The notes: generated by a model from the letters alone, not told the origin. DNA of 64,000 bases from an uncultured beta proteobacterium (GCA_963750785.1 CAVVSC010000010.1:67767-131766); one strand, 5' to 3'. Positions 48,827-57,935 are shown, counted from the stretch's first letter. Program-made: numbers and translations.

Positions 48827-50656
48827 TCAGTCTCCCTTCACCACGCCTTCACGGCGCGGGTCTGCGCCGCCAAACCAGCCCGTGGGTGTGCGCTGGATCG
48901 CCTGCAGGCCGCTGGTCAGTTCGATCTCCGTCACGACGTGGCCTCGGGCTTTCAGTGCGTCCACCGTCGTCGACGGAAACATTCCCTTCTCCAGCACTGT
49001 GGGCCCGTTGAGCGACCCGAAATTGGGCAGGTCGATGGCACGCTGCGCGTCCAGACCCCACTGCAAGCTGCCCAGCAGCGTCTTGGCCACGAAATGGATG
49101 ATGACCGGCCCACCGGGTGAGCCCAGTGACATCACCAGTCGACCGTCAGCCTTGTCGAAGACCAGGGTCGGGCTCATGCTGGAACGCGGCCGTTTGCCTG
49201 GCTCGATACGGTTGGCCACGGGCTTGCCCTGGGCATCGGTGGGCTGCAACGCGAAATCCGTCATCTGGTTGTTGAGCAGGAAGCCACCCGGCAAGCCGGT
49301 GCCGCCGTCGCTCATCACGCGCGCGCCAAAGAAGGCCTCGATGGTGGTGGTCATGGCGACGGCACGGCCTTCGCCGTCGACCACGCTGATGTGGCTGGTG
49401 CCGTGTTCCGGCTGGTCGGCCATGGGCGCGTAGCCGGTGCGCACAGGGTCGGGCACGCCCGGCGTCGCCACGCTCATGGTCTGCGTGCCGATCAATGCCG
49501 CGCGCTGGCGCAGGTATCGGTCGGCCAGCAGGCTTTGCCAGTCGCCACCCGGCGCGGCCACGAAGGCGGGGTCGGCCACATACAGCGCTCGGTCGGCATA
49601 GGCCAGCCGCGAAGCTTCGGTGTAGGTGTGCAACCAGTCGGGGCCGGGAATGCCAGCCACCAGGGCCGGACCCGCCACGGGCGCGCGTTCTAGGATGCCC
49701 AGGATCTGCATCACCGCCAGGTGGCCTGACGAAGGTGGCGGAAAGCCGCAGACGCGCCAGCGCTGCTGCCAGTCGGTGCAGATGGGCTCGCGTTGGCGCG
49801 GCGTGTAGCCAGCCAGGTCGGCGGCGGTCATGCGCCCGGGCACGCTGTGGCCGCGCACGCGCCGCACGATATCCTCGGCCACCGGTCCCGCCGTGAACGC
49901 GGCACTGCCCTGCTGCGCAATGGCACGAAGGACGGCACCCAGTGCTGGATTGCGCAGACGGTGTCCCACGGTCAGGGCCTTGCCTTCGGCGTCGAAGAAG
50001 TGGGGGCGCGCCTGTGGATCCTTGGACAGGTGCGGGTTGCCAGCGATCTGGATCTGCAGCCGCGGGCTGACCAGAAAACCGGCCTCGGCCAGTTCGATGG
50101 CCGGCGCAAACAGTTGCGCCCAGGGCAGCTTGCCGTGGGCGCGGTGGGCCTGTTCCAGCATGACCAGGGCGCCCGGCGTGGCCACGGCGCGGCCGCCGAA
50201 AACGGCGACCCCAAACGGCACGGGCTTGCCGTCAGCGCCCAGGAACATGCGCTCGTCGGCCGCCGCGGGCGCAGTCTCGCGGCCGTCCCAGGCCTTCACG
50301 GCGTGGCCGTCCCAGTGCATCAGGAAAGCGCCGCCGCCGATGCCGCTGCTTTGCGGTTCCACCAGGGTCAGCACCATCTGCACGGCAATGGCGGCGTCCA
50401 TTGCATTGCCACCAGCGCGCAGGATACGGTATCCCGCATCGGTGGCCTGCGGGTTGGCCGCGGCCACCATGAAGCGCTGCGCAGACCAGCCCGGCTTGGG
50501 CGTCCAGCCCGAAGCCAGTTCCGGCATGGCCGGGATGCTGGTACCCACAGACGGGGCCGGCGGGGTCGGTGGGGCCGAAGGGGCCACACTTGCCGGTGGC
50601 GTGGCGCAGGCGCCCAGCCACAAGGCAAGCACAGGCAGGTAGGGCCGGAAATGCAT
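48827..50656 (-). CDS. ggt: Gamma-glutamyltransferase, lipoprotein
   Basis: Lipobox LGAC; EPQSSGIGGG, DGRETAP, GTSHISVVD (Thr nucleophile), RPRSSMSPT and GSPGG. Confidence 0.92.
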   Translation of the reverse strand: MHFRPYLPVLALWLGACATPPASVAPSAPPTPPAPSVGTSIPAMPELASGWTPKPGWSAQRFMVAAANPQATDAGYRILRAGGNAMDAAIAVQMVLTLVEPQSSGIGGGAFLMHWDGHAVKAWDGRETAPAAADERMFLGADGKPVPFGVAVFGGRAVATPGALVMLEQAHRAHGKLPWAQLFAPAIELAEAGFLVSPRLQIQIAGNPHLSKDPQARPHFFDAEGKALTVGHRLRNPALGAVLRAIAQQGSAAFTAGPVAEDIVRRVRGHSVPGRMTAADLAGYTPRQREPICTDWQQRWRVCGFPPPSSGHLAVMQILGILERAPVAGPALVAGIPGPDWLHTYTEASRLAYADRALYVADPAFVAAPGGDWQSLLADRYLRQRAALIGTQTMSVATPGVPDPVRTGYAPMADQPEHGTSHISVVDGEGRAVAMTTTIEAFFGARVMSDGGTGLPGGFLLNNQMTDFALQPTDAQGKPVANRIEPGKRPRSSMSPTLVFDKADGRLVMSLGSPGGPVIIHFVAKTLLGSLQWGLDAQRAIDLPNFGSLNGPTVLEKGMFPSTTVDALKARGHVVTEIELTSGLQAIQRTPTGWFGGADPRREGVVKGD

Positions 50657-50684
50657 GAGGGCTTCCTCCAGGGAAGCCCTCATG
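50654..50684 (-). promoter_or_regulatory. Perfect 13-bp hairpin covering the ggt SD sequence and start codon
   Basis: mRNA reads CAUGAGGGCUUCC-CUGGA-GGAAGCCCUCAUG; GGAGG lies 8 nt before the AUG at 50656. Confidence 0.6.
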
Positions 50685-50715
50685 TTAGGCGAGCCCCTGG
50701 TGCTCGCTCAGCCGC

Positions 50716-51354
50716 TCACAGCAGCGGCACGCCCGTCTTGGATTGCAGGTCTTCGCGGGTCACGCCCGGCGCCATTTCCACCAGCTTCAGGCCTTGAGGT
50801 GTCACGTCCATGACCGCCAAGTCGGTGATGATGCGGTTGACCACGCCCAGGCCCGTCAGCGGCAGCGTGCAGGTGGGCAGGATCTTGAGGTCGATGCTGC
50901 CGTCCTTTTTCTTGGCCACGTGCTCCATCAGCACCACCACCTGCCTGACACCCGCCACCAGGTCCATGGCACCACCCATGCCCTTGACCATCTTGCCGGG
51001 GATCATCCAGTTGGCCAGGTCGCCCTTTTCGCTGACCTGCATGGCACCCAGGATGGACAGGTCGATCTTGCCGCCGCGGATCATCGCAAAGCTGTCGTGG
51101 CTGCCGAAGATGCTGCTGCCGGCGATGGTGGTCACCGTCTGCTTGCCGGCGTTGATGAGGTCAGCATCGACCTTGTCGTCGGTCGGGAAAGGGCCGATGC
51201 CCATCATGCCGTTTTCGCTTTGCAGCCAGACCTCGATGTCGGGGCTCACGAAATTGGCCACCAAGGTGGGCAGGCCGATGCCCAGGTTGACGTAGTAACC
51301 GTCGCGCAATTCCTGGCCGGCGCGGGCCGCCATTTGGTCGTGTGTCCAGGCCAT
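50716..51354 (-). CDS. scoB: 3-oxoacid CoA-transferase subunit B
   Basis: [15 protein letters not shown] (catalytic Glu) and GMGGAMDLV. Confidence 0.9.
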   Translation of the reverse strand: MAWTHDQMAARAGQELRDGYYVNLGIGLPTLVANFVSPDIEVWLQSENGMMGIGPFPTDDKVDADLINAGKQTVTTIAGSSIFGSHDSFAMIRGGKIDLSILGAMQVSEKGDLANWMIPGKMVKGMGGAMDLVAGVRQVVVLMEHVAKKKDGSIDLKILPTCTLPLTGLGVVNRIITDLAVMDVTPQGLKLVEMAPGVTREDLQSKTGVPLL

Positions 51355-51356
51355 GT

Positions 51357-52064
51357 TCAGGCTCCCACTTTCTCAGTGATCGTGCGCTTCTCGATGCGCT
51401 TCTCGGGCGTCGCGTTGACCACGATGCGGTCCACGTAGATACCCGGCAGGTGGATGGCGTCCGGCTCCAGCGCGCCCAAAGGCACGACCTCTTCCACTTC
51501 GACGATGGTGACCTTGCCGGCCATCGCCACGGCGGGGTTGAAGTTACGGGCCGTCAGGCGGAACACCAGATTACCCGAGGTGTCGGCCTTCCAGGCCTTG
51601 ACCAGGGACACGTCGGGCACGAGCGAACGTTCCATCACATAGGTGTGGCCGTCGAATTCACGCAATTCCTTACCTTCGGCCACGATGGTGCCGACGCCGG
51701 TGCGCGTGAAGAAGGCCGGGATGCCTGCACCGCCGGCGCGCAGTTTCTCGGCCAGCGTGCCCTGGGGCGTGAATTCCAGTTCCAGTTCGCCCGCCAGATA
51801 CTGGCGTTCGAATTCCTTGTTCTCGCCGACGTAGCTGCTGATCATTCGCTTGATCTGCCGCGTCTCCAGCAGCTTGCCCAGGCCAAAGCCGTCCACGCCT
51901 GCGTTGTTGGAGATGGCGGTGATGTTCTTGACACCGCTGTCGCGCAATGCATCGATCAGGGCTTCCGGAATGCCGCAAAGGCCAAAGCCACCGACGGCCA
52001 TCAACTGGTCGTCCTGGACCAGGCCGGCCAGTGCTGCCGCCGCGCTGGGATAGATCTTGTTCAT
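51357..52064 (-). CDS. scoA: 3-oxoacid CoA-transferase subunit A
   Basis: [28 protein letters not shown] and ARNFNP. Confidence 0.9.
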   Translation of the reverse strand: MNKIYPSAAAALAGLVQDDQLMAVGGFGLCGIPEALIDALRDSGVKNITAISNNAGVDGFGLGKLLETRQIKRMISSYVGENKEFERQYLAGELELEFTPQGTLAEKLRAGGAGIPAFFTRTGVGTIVAEGKELREFDGHTYVMERSLVPDVSLVKAWKADTSGNLVFRLTARNFNPAVAMAGKVTIVEVEEVVPLGALEPDAIHLPGIYVDRIVVNATPEKRIEKRTITEKVGA

Positions 52065-52079
52065 GCCTTGAAGTCTCCT

Positions 52080-52131
52080 GACGTGAGGCCGGCAGGGTAC
52101 TACGTAAGCCATTAGGTAGACAGTACGTAAG
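52080..52131. promoter_or_regulatory. Repeated TACGTAAG boxes in the divergent scoA / paaI-like promoter
   Basis: Exact copies at 52101-52108 and 52124-52131; degenerate copy GACGTGAG at 52080-52087. Confidence 0.5.
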
Positions 52132-52151
52132 ATCGCCTAAAGCCACTCCCC

Positions 52152-52601
52152 ATGTCCAGCATGAGCGCCATCGAAAAAACCTCGGAACCCATCGCCAACC
52201 TGGCCCTGTTGGAACATGCGCTGAAGACCGTGTTCGCACCCTGGGTGGCCGAACTGGATCTGCGCATCACCGCGGCCACGCCCGGCCAGGTGACGCTGGT
52301 CCTGCCGGTGACGCCGTTGCACGTGCACGGCGGCGGCGTGCTCTGTGGCCAGACCATGATGGCGGCGTGTGACACCGCCATGGTGCTGGCCGTGATGAGC
52401 CAGCTGGGCGAATTCAAGCCCATGACCACCGTGCAGCTGCAGACCAGCTTCCTGCGCCCCGTGCCGGGAGACGCCGGCCAGGCCACGGTCGTGGCACGTG
52501 TGCTGCGCTTGGGCCGAAGGCTGGTCTTTGGCGAGATCGAAGTGCTGGGCCCGAAAGGCGAGCTGGCCGCCCACGCCACCACCAGCTACGCCCTGTTGTG
52601 A
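52152..52601 (+). CDS. PaaI-family hotdog thioesterase
   Basis: HGGGVLCGQTMMAACDTAM; TTVQLQTSFLRP. Confidence 0.87.
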   Translation: MSSMSAIEKTSEPIANLALLEHALKTVFAPWVAELDLRITAATPGQVTLVLPVTPLHVHGGGVLCGQTMMAACDTAMVLAVMSQLGEFKPMTTVQLQTSFLRPVPGDAGQATVVARVLRLGRRLVFGEIEVLGPKGELAAHATTSYALL

Positions 52602-52608
52602 ACGGCGC

Positions 52609-53199
52609 ATGAAAGCCGCCCTCGACTACCGCAGCGCCTTTGAACTGGCGCCGGTGGGTCTGGTGATGTCCCGCGACCGCCAGATGGTGGACTGCAACCA
52701 GGAATTGCTGTCCATGTTCGGCGCCGAACGCCACCAGGTCATCGGCCAGTCCTTCGAGATCCTCTACCCCACGGCGGACGAGTTCCTGCGCACGGGCGCG
52801 CGCATCGCAGCGCAACTGGACGCCGCCGGCCGCTATGCCGATGAGCGCGTGATGAAGCGCCTGGCCGCGACGCCTCCGGGCAGCCCGGCGGGCGAACTGT
52901 TCTGGTGCCACGTCAGCGGCCGTGCCCTGGATCCGACCAACCCCCACGCCGCGGGCATCTGGGCATTTGAGGATCTGTCCTCCAGGCGCGTGCTGTCCGT
53001 GGAACTCACCCCGCGCGAACGCGAAGTGGCCGCTCTGCTGATCCAGGGCCTGACCAGCAAGTTGGTCGGTCGGCGCCTGGACATCAGCCCGCGCACGGTG
53101 GATGTCTACCGTGCCCGCCTGATGCGCAAGGCCGGAGCGGCCACCACGACGGAACTCGTGCACAAGCTGTTGCACGGTCAGTTTCAATCTCACCCCTAG
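52609..53199 (+). CDS. PAS + LuxR-type HTH transcriptional regulator
   Basis: PAS region (CNQELLSMFG...FWCHVSG) plus LTPREREV...ISPRTVDVYRARLMRK. Confidence 0.9.
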   Translation: MKAALDYRSAFELAPVGLVMSRDRQMVDCNQELLSMFGAERHQVIGQSFEILYPTADEFLRTGARIAAQLDAAGRYADERVMKRLAATPPGSPAGELFWCHVSGRALDPTNPHAAGIWAFEDLSSRRVLSVELTPREREVAALLIQGLTSKLVGRRLDISPRTVDVYRARLMRKAGAATTTELVHKLLHGQFQSHP

Positions 53200-53203
53200 A
53201 ACA

Positions 53204-53229
53204 TGGCCATGAATTAGCAACACTTGCTA
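53204..53229 (+). promoter_or_regulatory. Sigma54-like -24/-12 element overlapped by palindrome TAGCAA-N3-TTGCTA
   Basis: TGGCCATGAATTAGCA has the GG/GC spacing of TGGCAC-N5-TTGCW; palindrome at 53215-53229. Confidence 0.4.
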
Positions 53230-53284
53230 TACAAGGGTATGGCTTTGGCCAGGGGAGCCCCCCCTACCATCCCCTGCAGAAGTC

Positions 53285-54571
53285 ATGGAGTCCCAAAACT
53301 GCACGCGCATTGCCGCAGCCACCACCTTTGTTCCCTGCGTCAGCCAGGAACCGAGCGCGGCAGTCTTTGAAGATGCGCAGGCATATGCTGCACAGCTGCG
53401 AGCCTGCCAAGACGCGCTGGAGACGCTCCAGGACCTGTCCTCCAACCTGCATTCGCAAACCGAGATGGGCGCCTTGGTTGATGGCACCTTGGGGTCGCTG
53501 CTGCAGACCACCGGCTGCGTCAGCGCCAGCCTCTGGGCCCGCAGGGATCTGGATGCCTGCCAGCCCGTGGTCTTGATGGGCTGCCGCGTCCAGGACGGCG
53601 GGACGGACCGTGCCGACCTGGAAAGCCTCGCGGGCCTGCGCCTGGCAGGCGACCCACTGCCGTGCTACGAGCAGATAGAAGTCCAAGGCCAGGCCGTCGT
53701 CGACAGTTACCCGGACCGGCAAGCGCAGATCGGGCGGTGGTTCACGGTGTCCGACCTGGCGCGCGCGTCGGCCCTGTACCGCGACTCACACGCCTGGATG
53801 GCTGTTCCGTTGAGGATGCAGAACAGGGTCCTCGGCGTGCTGCGCTTGGACCATGCAAGGCCGGATTTTTTCGACGAGTCTCGCAAACGATTGCTCAATG
53901 CCGCCGGCGGCCAGATTGGGCTGGCCATGCACAACCTTCACCTGCAGGAACTTCAGCGCAAGCTGGACCTCGCACCTGGGCGCAACCGCGCCACGCACGA
54001 CCTGCACGACGCAGTGAGCCAGACGCTGTTCGCCGCCAACCTGGTGGCCAGCACGGTGTCGCGCGACGAACGCCTGAGCGACGCCGCCCGCCGCGAACTC
54101 GATGCCTTGCAACGCATGAGCTGCAGCGCGCTGGCCGAGATGCGCATGCTGCTGTTTGAACTGCGCCCCCACGCGCTGGAAAGTGCGCGCCTGCCAGACC
54201 TGCTGCGGCACGCCGTGCAATCGCTGCAAGGCCGCGGCGACGTCGACGTGGTAGCGGACATCGCAGCCGAACCCGCACCACCGCCCAAGTTGCGCGTCGA
54301 GATCTACCGCATTGCGCAGGAGGCGCTGGCCAACATCGGCCGCCACAGCGGCGCGCGTCACGTGCATGTGGGCTGGACGATCCTGAACGGCAGCCGCGGC
54401 CGTTTGCACATCCTGGACGACGGCTGTGGCTTTGACACGGCCGCAGGAACGGCTGGCCACCTTGGCCTGGACAAGATGCAGGAACGCGCTCGATCCCTGG
54501 ACGCCCACCTGACGATCAAGAGCGCCCCTGGCGAGGGCACCGAACTGTTGCTGGAAACGAACTGGAGCTGA
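53285..54571 (+). CDS. Cytoplasmic GAF + HisKA_3 sensor histidine kinase
   Basis: GAF (AVPLRMQNRVLGVL); DLHDAVSQTLF H-box; IAQEALAN; DDGCGF; HLGLDKMQERA; no TM segment. Confidence 0.87.
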   Translation: MESQNCTRIAAATTFVPCVSQEPSAAVFEDAQAYAAQLRACQDALETLQDLSSNLHSQTEMGALVDGTLGSLLQTTGCVSASLWARRDLDACQPVVLMGCRVQDGGTDRADLESLAGLRLAGDPLPCYEQIEVQGQAVVDSYPDRQAQIGRWFTVSDLARASALYRDSHAWMAVPLRMQNRVLGVLRLDHARPDFFDESRKRLLNAAGGQIGLAMHNLHLQELQRKLDLAPGRNRATHDLHDAVSQTLFAANLVASTVSRDERLSDAARRELDALQRMSCSALAEMRMLLFELRPHALESARLPDLLRHAVQSLQGRGDVDVVADIAAEPAPPPKLRVEIYRIAQEALANIGRHSGARHVHVGWTILNGSRGRLHILDDGCGFDTAAGTAGHLGLDKMQERARSLDAHLTIKSAPGEGTELLLETNWS

Positions 54572-54579
54572 GAAGAAAA

Positions 54580-55215
54580 ATGGAACCGATCCGAGTCTTC
54601 GTGGTGGACGATCACCCCATGATCCGCCACGGCCTGGCCGCGATGCTGAAGGCCGAACCTGGCATGCGATGGGTCGGTGACGCACCCGACGGCACCGACG
54701 CTGTGCGCGCCGTGCCTGCGCTGGAGCCGGACGTGGTTCTGATGGACCTGGTGATGCCGCGGATGGACGGGGTCGCCGCCATCTCCGCGCTCAAGGCGCA
54801 ATCGCCCAAGACCAAGTTCGTCATCCTCACCAGCTTGCTCGAGCCGACCGAGGTGCGCCGTGCCATGGACGCCGGCGCCTGCGGCTACCTGCTGAAGAAC
54901 GCCTCGTCGCAGGAACTGGTCACCGTCATCCAGATGGCCCACAAGGGCCACCGCGTGCTGGCACCCGAGGTCACCGACGCCCTGGTGGCCAACCAGAAGG
55001 AACCGCCCCCAGGTGGGGACCTGACCCAGCGTGAACGTGAACTGCTGGCGCTGATGGCGCGCGGATTTTCCAACCAGGAGATCAGCACCCAACTGAGCAT
55101 CGCCATGCCCACGGTGAAATTCCACGTCACCAATGTCCTGGCCAAGCTGCATGCCGACAACCGGACCGAGGCCGTGCTGATTGCGCTGAAGCACAAGCTG
55201 GTGGCGCTGGAGTGA
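54580..55215 (+). CDS. NarL-family response regulator
   Basis: VVDDHP, LMDLVMP, GYLLKN and LTQRERE...TVKFHV. Confidence 0.92.
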   Translation: MEPIRVFVVDDHPMIRHGLAAMLKAEPGMRWVGDAPDGTDAVRAVPALEPDVVLMDLVMPRMDGVAAISALKAQSPKTKFVILTSLLEPTEVRRAMDAGACGYLLKNASSQELVTVIQMAHKGHRVLAPEVTDALVANQKEPPPGGDLTQRERELLALMARGFSNQEISTQLSIAMPTVKFHVTNVLAKLHADNRTEAVLIALKHKLVALE

Positions 55216-55258
55216 CCCTTCGCGGCGGGATCGCGTCCGGTCGCCTGACAATGGCCGG

Positions 55259-55951
55259 ATGATCACCGTTCACCACCTGGAAAATTCGCGCTCACAGCGC
55301 GTGCTGTGGCTGTTGGAAGAGCTGGGCCTGCCGTATGAGGTGAAGCGCTATGCGCGCGACCCCAAGACCCTGCTGGCGCCGCCCGAACTGCAGCAGGTGC
55401 ACCCGCTGGGCAAGTCGCCCGTCATCACGGACCAATCCGCGAACGGCCAACTCACCGTGGCCGAGTCCGGTGCCATCGTCGAATACCTGGTGGACGTGCA
55501 CGGTGCCGGCCGCCTGCGGCCCGCGCAAGGCACGCCCGAGCAGCGCCGCTACAGCTACTGGCTGCACTTCGCCGAAGGCAGCCTGATGCCGCCGCTGCTG
55601 ATGAAGCTGGTCTTCGACAAGATCCGCTCGGCCAAGGTGCCCTTCTTCGTGAAGCCCGTGGTCAAGGGCATTGCGGACCAGGTCAGCAAGGGCTTCATCA
55701 CGCCCAACCTGACGCGTCTGATGGCTTTCATGGAAGCTGAACTGGCCAACAAGGCGCAGGGCCTGTGGTTTGCCGGCGCAGACTTCACGGCCGCCGATGT
55801 CCAGATGAGCTACCCGGTGGAAGCCGCCGCAGCGCGCGGCGGCTTGGGCGATTCGCACCCGCACCTGCAAGACTGGCTGACGCGCATCCATGCCCGCCCG
55901 GCCTACCAGCGCGCGCTGAAGGTCGGCGGCCCCTACAGCGTCATTCCCTGA
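55259..55951 (+). CDS. Glutathione S-transferase
   Basis: HHLENSRSQR, HPLGKSP, ESGAIVEYL and FTAADVQM. Confidence 0.92.
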   Translation: MITVHHLENSRSQRVLWLLEELGLPYEVKRYARDPKTLLAPPELQQVHPLGKSPVITDQSANGQLTVAESGAIVEYLVDVHGAGRLRPAQGTPEQRRYSYWLHFAEGSLMPPLLMKLVFDKIRSAKVPFFVKPVVKGIADQVSKGFITPNLTRLMAFMEAELANKAQGLWFAGADFTAADVQMSYPVEAAAARGGLGDSHPHLQDWLTRIHARPAYQRALKVGGPYSVIP

Positions 55952-55966
55952 TCGCTGACGGGTGGT

Positions 55967-56389
55967 TCACACGCCGATCTTCTGGCGGAACCAATCGGGC
56001 ATGGGCGCGGACTTCTTGGCCCGGTAGTCCGTCCACACCATGCGCGCACCACCTTCGGCCCAGACCTGGCCGGGCTGGTCGGTGCGTTCGATGGTGTGGT
56101 AGGTCATCAGGCTGCTACGTCCTGGGTCGGCCACGAACAGGTTCACGCGGATGTCGCCGGGAAATGCCAGCTGGCCGAGGAAATTGCAGAAGGCATTGAT
56201 GATGACCGGGCCCTCGCCGTCCGGGCCGGTGCTGACGCCCAGCTTGAAGATCCAGTCCAGCCGGCAGACTTCCATGTAGCGGAAGTAGAGCGTGTTGTTG
56301 ATGTGGCCCATGGCGTCCATGTCGCCCCAGCGCAAGGGCAGGGTCAGCTCATGAACCAACTGCTTCTCGGCCGGCAGCTCAAAACGCAT
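55967..56389 (-). CDS. Acyl-CoA thioesterase (4HBT/YbgC-like)
   Basis: RWGDMDAMGHINNTLYFRYME. Confidence 0.9.
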   Translation of the reverse strand: MRFELPAEKQLVHELTLPLRWGDMDAMGHINNTLYFRYMEVCRLDWIFKLGVSTGPDGEGPVIINAFCNFLGQLAFPGDIRVNLFVADPGRSSLMTYHTIERTDQPGQVWAEGGARMVWTDYRAKKSAPMPDWFRQKIGV

Positions 56390-57048
56390 CAGCCCGCCTC
56401 CAGGCCCAATTCACGAGCCATCTTTTCAACCAGGGCGCGCAGTGCCGTCACCTCGGCCGCCAGGCGTGTCTGCTCGGCCTTCAGCGCCGCCAGTTCACCG
56501 GCACTGATGCTGTCGTCGGCCGCACCCTCGGCGCGGGTCGCGCGCACGGTCGGGGCCGCCACTTCGCCGCACAGCAGGTGCGCCCAGCGTGCTTCCCGTT
56601 CGCCCGCTGCACGCGGCAGCTTGACGACCATGGGCGTGGGTTTGTCGGCCAGTTCGTCCAGGAAGCCTTCCACCGACGAGATGTCCGAGAATTTGTGCAG
56701 GCGCTCGCAATTCAGTCGCAGTTCCGCCGCCGTCTGCGGGCCGCGCAACATCAGCACCGCCATCAGCGCGACAGACTGCGAAGGCACCAGCAGCACCCGC
56801 GCAGTGTTGTGTTCGAACTTGACGACGCGGCTGCTGCTGCCTTCAAAGACCAGGCTCATGCCTTTGAGGCCATCCACCGCTGTCAGCACGTCGGCATCGG
56901 TCGCTTCGATGACCGGACTGCGCGCGGTCTTCTGGTTGCAGCCCGCCACCAGCGCGTTCAGGCTCAGCGGGTACGTGTCCGGCACCGTCGCCTGCTTCTC
57001 GATCAGCACGCCCAGCACGCGTGCTTCAAGCGGACTCAGCAGTCGCAT
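56389..57048 (-). CDS. yceH: YceH/DUF480 family protein
   Basis: EARVLGVLIEK...TVPDTYPLSLNAL...CNQKTAR; LRGPQTAAELR; RWAHLLCG. Confidence 0.88.
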   Translation of the reverse strand: MRLLSPLEARVLGVLIEKQATVPDTYPLSLNALVAGCNQKTARSPVIEATDADVLTAVDGLKGMSLVFEGSSSRVVKFEHNTARVLLVPSQSVALMAVLMLRGPQTAAELRLNCERLHKFSDISSVEGFLDELADKPTPMVVKLPRAAGEREARWAHLLCGEVAAPTVRATRAEGAADDSISAGELAALKAEQTRLAAEVTALRALVEKMARELGLEAG

Positions 57049-57061
57049 GGGCCGCGCGAGA

Positions 57062-57844
57062 TCAAATGGCCTGGCCGTCGTCGGCCTGGATCACGGCACC
57101 GTTGACGAAGTGGCTCTCGTTGGCACACAGCATCATCAGCACGGCGTCCAGGTCGGCCGGCTTGCCCACACGCTGGCGCGGCATGGACTGCACCATCTTC
57201 TTGCCGGCGTCGGTGGCCCAGACGTGGTGGTTGATCTCGGTGTCGATGTAGCCCGGGCACAGCGCGTTGACATTGATGCCGTAGCGGCCCCATTCCAGCG
57301 CCATGGCGCGCGTCATGTGCACCACCGCAGCTTTGCTCATGCAGTACACGCCAATGCCGGCAAACACACGCAGCCCGGCCATGCTGGCCACGTTGACGAT
57401 GCGCCCGCCGGTGAAGGTGCCGGGCGCTTCGCCCTTGCTGCGCGCGATCATGCGCTTGGCCACTTCCTGCGCCATGAAGAAGGCGCCGCGCGTATTGACG
57501 TCGAAGATGTGGTCAAACTCGTTGGGCCGCACGTCGGTCAGCTTCTGCGTGCCACCGACACCTGAGTTGTTGACCAGGATGTCGATGGCGCCCATTTCCG
57601 TCTCGGCATGCGCCACGGCGGCCTTGATGCTGTCGTGGTCGGTCACGTCCAGTTCCACCACGTGCGCGTCGCCGCCTTCGGCCTCGATTTCTGCGCGCAG
57701 CGCCTTCAGCCTTTCCGTGCGGCGCGCCGCCAGCACCACGCCCGCGCCAGAGGCCGCCAGGGTCTTGGCGAACTGCGCGCCCAGGCCGCTGGAAGCGCCA
57801 GTGACAAAGGCCACGCGGCCAGAAAGATCAATGCGATAGGCCAT
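57062..57844 (-). CDS. Short-chain dehydrogenase/reductase (FabG-like)
   Basis: TGASSGLG, NNSG, YCMSK (YxxxK) and PGYIDT. Confidence 0.92.
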   Translation of the reverse strand: MAYRIDLSGRVAFVTGASSGLGAQFAKTLAASGAGVVLAARRTERLKALRAEIEAEGGDAHVVELDVTDHDSIKAAVAHAETEMGAIDILVNNSGVGGTQKLTDVRPNEFDHIFDVNTRGAFFMAQEVAKRMIARSKGEAPGTFTGGRIVNVASMAGLRVFAGIGVYCMSKAAVVHMTRAMALEWGRYGINVNALCPGYIDTEINHHVWATDAGKKMVQSMPRQRVGKPADLDAVLMMLCANESHFVNGAVIQADDGQAI

Positions 57845-57866
57845 GGATTCCACCTCGGAGAAACAT

Positions 57867-57900
57867 TGCAACGGACGCTGCAATGGACACTGCAAAGGAC
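57867..57900. repeat. Three tandem copies of TGCAA-N-GGAC with 12-bp period
   Basis: Copies at 57867-76, 57879-88 and 57891-900, in the SDR/ABC divergent intergenic region. Confidence 0.9.
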
Positions 57901-57935
57901 GATAGCACGCAGCATGCGGCATCATCAGTGCACCC

